Source: Elusimicrobiota bacterium (GTDB taxonomy: Bacteria; Elusimicrobiota; Elusimicrobia; Elusimicrobiales; UBA9959). From it: a stretch of DNA of 28,430 nt. Below the pieces are notes generated by a model, which was given only the letters and a program-made list of their open reading frames with translations, made no database searches and was not told the origin of the DNA. Of the stretch, positions 26,205-28,430 are shown piece by piece (position 1 is the stretch's first letter; the number at the start of each line of letters is the position of its first letter). The stretch spans positions 1-28,430 of the forward strand of contig DAIENX010000031.1 in assembly GCA_027340875.1 (NCBI GenBank). Direction: 5' to 3'. A program made the position numbers and the translations under genes.

Positions 26205-27152
26205 TTACTTGTTCTCTCTCGCCGCTCTCTCCACTCGCTTCTTGGCCTTGAGGTGCTCCTTGAAGCTGGAGTTGAAGATATGCTTCCCGCGTCCGTCGGC
26301 CACGAAGTACAGCGCGTCCAGGTTGGCGGGGGACATCACGGCCGCCACCGACTTGTACCCCGGGCTGCATATGGGGCCAGGCGGCAGGCCGCCCACCACG
26401 TAGGTATTGTACGGGGACTTGTACTTAAGGTCCTTGTAGGTCAGGGCCTTTTTCCAGTAGCCCAGCGCGTACTGGGTAGTGGGGTCCGCTTCCAGCGGCA
26501 TCTTCTTCCGGTACCTGTTGATGTATACGGCCGCTATCAGCGGCCGCTCGCTGTCGTCAACGGCCTCCCTCTCGACTATAGAGGCGATGATCAGGGCCTT
26601 TCTGGCGTCCAGCTGGTCCGGAAATACTTTAGAGAACAACGGCGACATCTGCCGGTCGAATTCAGATTTTAGCAAATTAATGACTTCCTGTGGGGGGGTA
26701 TTTTTGCGCAGACGGTAGGTGGAGGGGAAAAGGTAGCCCTCCATCTTCTGCGCGCGGGCGAGCTCCAGGAACTTGTCCGCCGGCGTTATGCCGTTAGCCT
26801 CCAGGCGCTCGGCTACCTGCTCCATCCGCCAGCCTTCCGGGATCACCACTCTGACGTCGCTGACGTAGGTGTTGTGCGTGATCACCCAGAGCGCCTCCTC
26901 GGCGGACATCATCGTCCTCAGGGAGTATTCGCCCGGCATCATCTTCTTGCCGGTGCCGGTAAGCTTCACCAGGGCCTTGAACCAGGTGGCGCTGAGGATG
27001 ACGCCCTCCTGCCTGAGCTGGGACGCCACGGCGCCGGCACCGGCGCCCTCGGGTATCACCACCTGTACCGGGCGCCCCGGCCAGAAGAAATAGAGCGAGA
27101 GGGCCAGCAGCAGCGGCGAGAGGATAAGCAAGGCGGTCTTCAGCTTCTTCAT
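26205..27152 (-). CDS. mltG: Endolytic transglycosylase MltG (YceG)
   Basis: N-terminal TM, IPEG, EGYLFPSTY, ASIVERE, IAAVYINR, SPYNTY...GLPPGPICSPG, LYFVA. Confidence 0.95.
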   Translation of the reverse strand: MKKLKTALLILSPLLLALSLYFFWPGRPVQVVIPEGAGAGAVASQLRQEGVILSATWFKALVKLTGTGKKMMPGEYSLRTMMSAEEALWVITHNTYVSDVRVVIPEGWRMEQVAERLEANGITPADKFLELARAQKMEGYLFPSTYRLRKNTPPQEVINLLKSEFDRQMSPLFSKVFPDQLDARKALIIASIVEREAVDDSERPLIAAVYINRYRKKMPLEADPTTQYALGYWKKALTYKDLKYKSPYNTYVVGGLPPGPICSPGYKSVAAVMSPANLDALYFVADGRGKHIFNSSFKEHLKAKKRVERAARENK

Positions 27153-27706
27153 AGCAGGTTCACCGATGTCATCCTCGTGTAGACAGGCCCCTCGGGGGTC
27201 AGCTCGCTGCGCGTAAGCTCGACAGAGGCGACGCGGCTGCGGCCGCGGCGCGAGGGAGAGTACCCGGTCACGCGCCTGGAGAAGCCCTCTGGAAGCGGCC
27301 CTTTAACCCGGCCCACGGTTATGTGCGGTTCGAAACGGTTCTCGAACATGATGCCGGAGGCCGCCAGGAACTCCGCCAGCCTGGCGGCCAGCGCCCTGAG
27401 CTCCAGCGCCCCCTGATCGACTCCGACCCAGATCACGGAAGGGCGCCGGGCGGAGGGGAACATACCTATCGCCCCGGTCGTGATGTCGAAAGCGCGCTGG
27501 CCTTCCGCGGCGGACTTTACAGCCTCAGCGGCCGCCGCGGCGGCCTTCTCCCCGAGGTCGCCGAGGAAGGCGTAGGTCAGGTGAAAGTTCTCCGGCGCTA
27601 CCCACTTCACCGCGCCCTGGCCGGAGTTGGCGCGGGCGTAGTCCGCGGCCGCCGCCAGGCCTTCGGTGAAGTCGCGGTCGAAAGTGGTGGAGACGAAAAG
27701 GCGCAA
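27149..27706 (-). CDS. thpR: RNA 2',3'-cyclic phosphodiesterase (2H family)
   Basis: MRLFV start (TTG, AGGAG RBS); two HxT motifs (FHLTYAFLG, PHITVGR). Confidence 0.92.
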   Translation of the reverse strand: MRLFVSTTFDRDFTEGLAAAADYARANSGQGAVKWVAPENFHLTYAFLGDLGEKAAAAAAEAVKSAAEGQRAFDITTGAIGMFPSARRPSVIWVGVDQGALELRALAARLAEFLAASGIMFENRFEPHITVGRVKGPLPEGFSRRVTGYSPSRRGRSRVASVELTRSELTPEGPVYTRMTSVNLL

Positions 27707-27715
27707 GCGGCGCTC

Positions 27716-28430
27716 CTAGCGCGTGCCGCTCTTCGAGCGGCCCTTCACGCGTTTCTTAACGGCCTTCCGCGCCTTGGAGGCGGGCTTCCTGTTGAGCTGG
27801 CGGCGTATCACTTCGCGCTTGAGGGCGCGTTCGCGGAGGACGGCCCTTTTCTGCGGCGAGAGCGGCTTCCAGCCCTTAAGCGCCGAGAGACGCTTGCGCA
27901 CCTGCCCTAGCGTACCGCGGTGCCTGCCCATGCGGAAGATCTTCTCCGGGTGGAAGCGCTTGCGGGACGGGTCCACTACCAGTTCGGTGTTCTTCTCCAG
28001 CGTGAACTGCTGCGGGTCCTTGCCGGGCTCTCCGGTAACGCTGACCTCTACCCGGCCCTCGTCGTATACGGCTGCCGCCGCCTCGCCGGAAAGCTGCGAG
28101 TACTCCACCGCGAACTCGGTACCGCGCACTGCGCAGACAGCCGACGGCGTGCGCACGGCGAACTTGAACTTCTCGTTCAGGAAGTGCTTTATCTTCGCCA
28201 CCAGCGAGCCGGCTTTCAGGGAAAGCGACGCGTCCTGCTGCTCGAGCGAGGAGACCGTAAGCTCGGTATTGCGGTCAAGGAAGATGACGCCCTTGTCGTC
28301 CAGGTAGACCTCTGCCTGGCCGTCCGATGCCGTCTTGATCTCGTCGTCAGGGTCCAGAGGCGTCTCAACGTCAGCCTTCGACCATTCCTCCGCTCCTGAG
28401 GGATTTATCATCACGGAGCCGGACACGGGC
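27716..28430 (-). CDS. FecR-domain protein, 5' truncated by the window edge
   Basis: DEIKTASDGQAEV, LKAGSL, FAVRTPSAVCAVRGTEFAVE, VYDEGRVEV; basic C-terminal tail. Confidence 0.85.
   Translation of the reverse strand, partial: PVSGSVMINPSGAEEWSKADVETPLDPDDEIKTASDGQAEVYLDDKGVIFLDRNTELTVSSLEQQDASLSLKAGSLVAKIKHFLNEKFKFAVRTPSAVCAVRGTEFAVEYSQLSGEAAAAVYDEGRVEVSVTGEPGKDPQQFTLEKNTELVVDPSRKRFHPEKIFRMGRHRGTLGQVRKRLSALKGWKPLSPQKRAVLRERALKREVIRRQLNRKPASKARKAVKKRVKGRSKSGTR

Overview
GC-rich bacterial chromosome segment, possibly Elusimicrobiota (inferred from protein style and gene order, not verified). Bases 360-11700 form a tightly packed + strand cluster: ECF sigma factor, zf-HC2 anti-sigma with a Cys/His-rich C-terminal domain, small membrane protein, CusCBA-type Cu(I)/Ag(I) RND pump, cystathionine beta-synthase, cystathionine gamma-lyase, MoeB-rhodanese and a YHS/heavy-metal-binding protein. 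A second metal-binding protein, a Crp/Fnr regulator, hisS, aspS, lipA and a B12 radical SAM gene follow. The right part holds a secreted hypothetical, a hybrid kinase and response regulator, an HD protein, asnS, tRNA-Ala(CGC), mltG, thpR and a partial FecR gene. The best candidate for an undescribed system is the coupling of copper efflux with H2S/persulfide-generating enzymes under an ECF sigma with a putative metal-sensing anti-sigma. Other notable items: an in-frame TAG five codons before the apparent natural end of the lyase, a highly structured element between hisS and aspS, and a mosaic of direct and inverted tRNA-Ala fragments and hairpins downstream of the tRNA.
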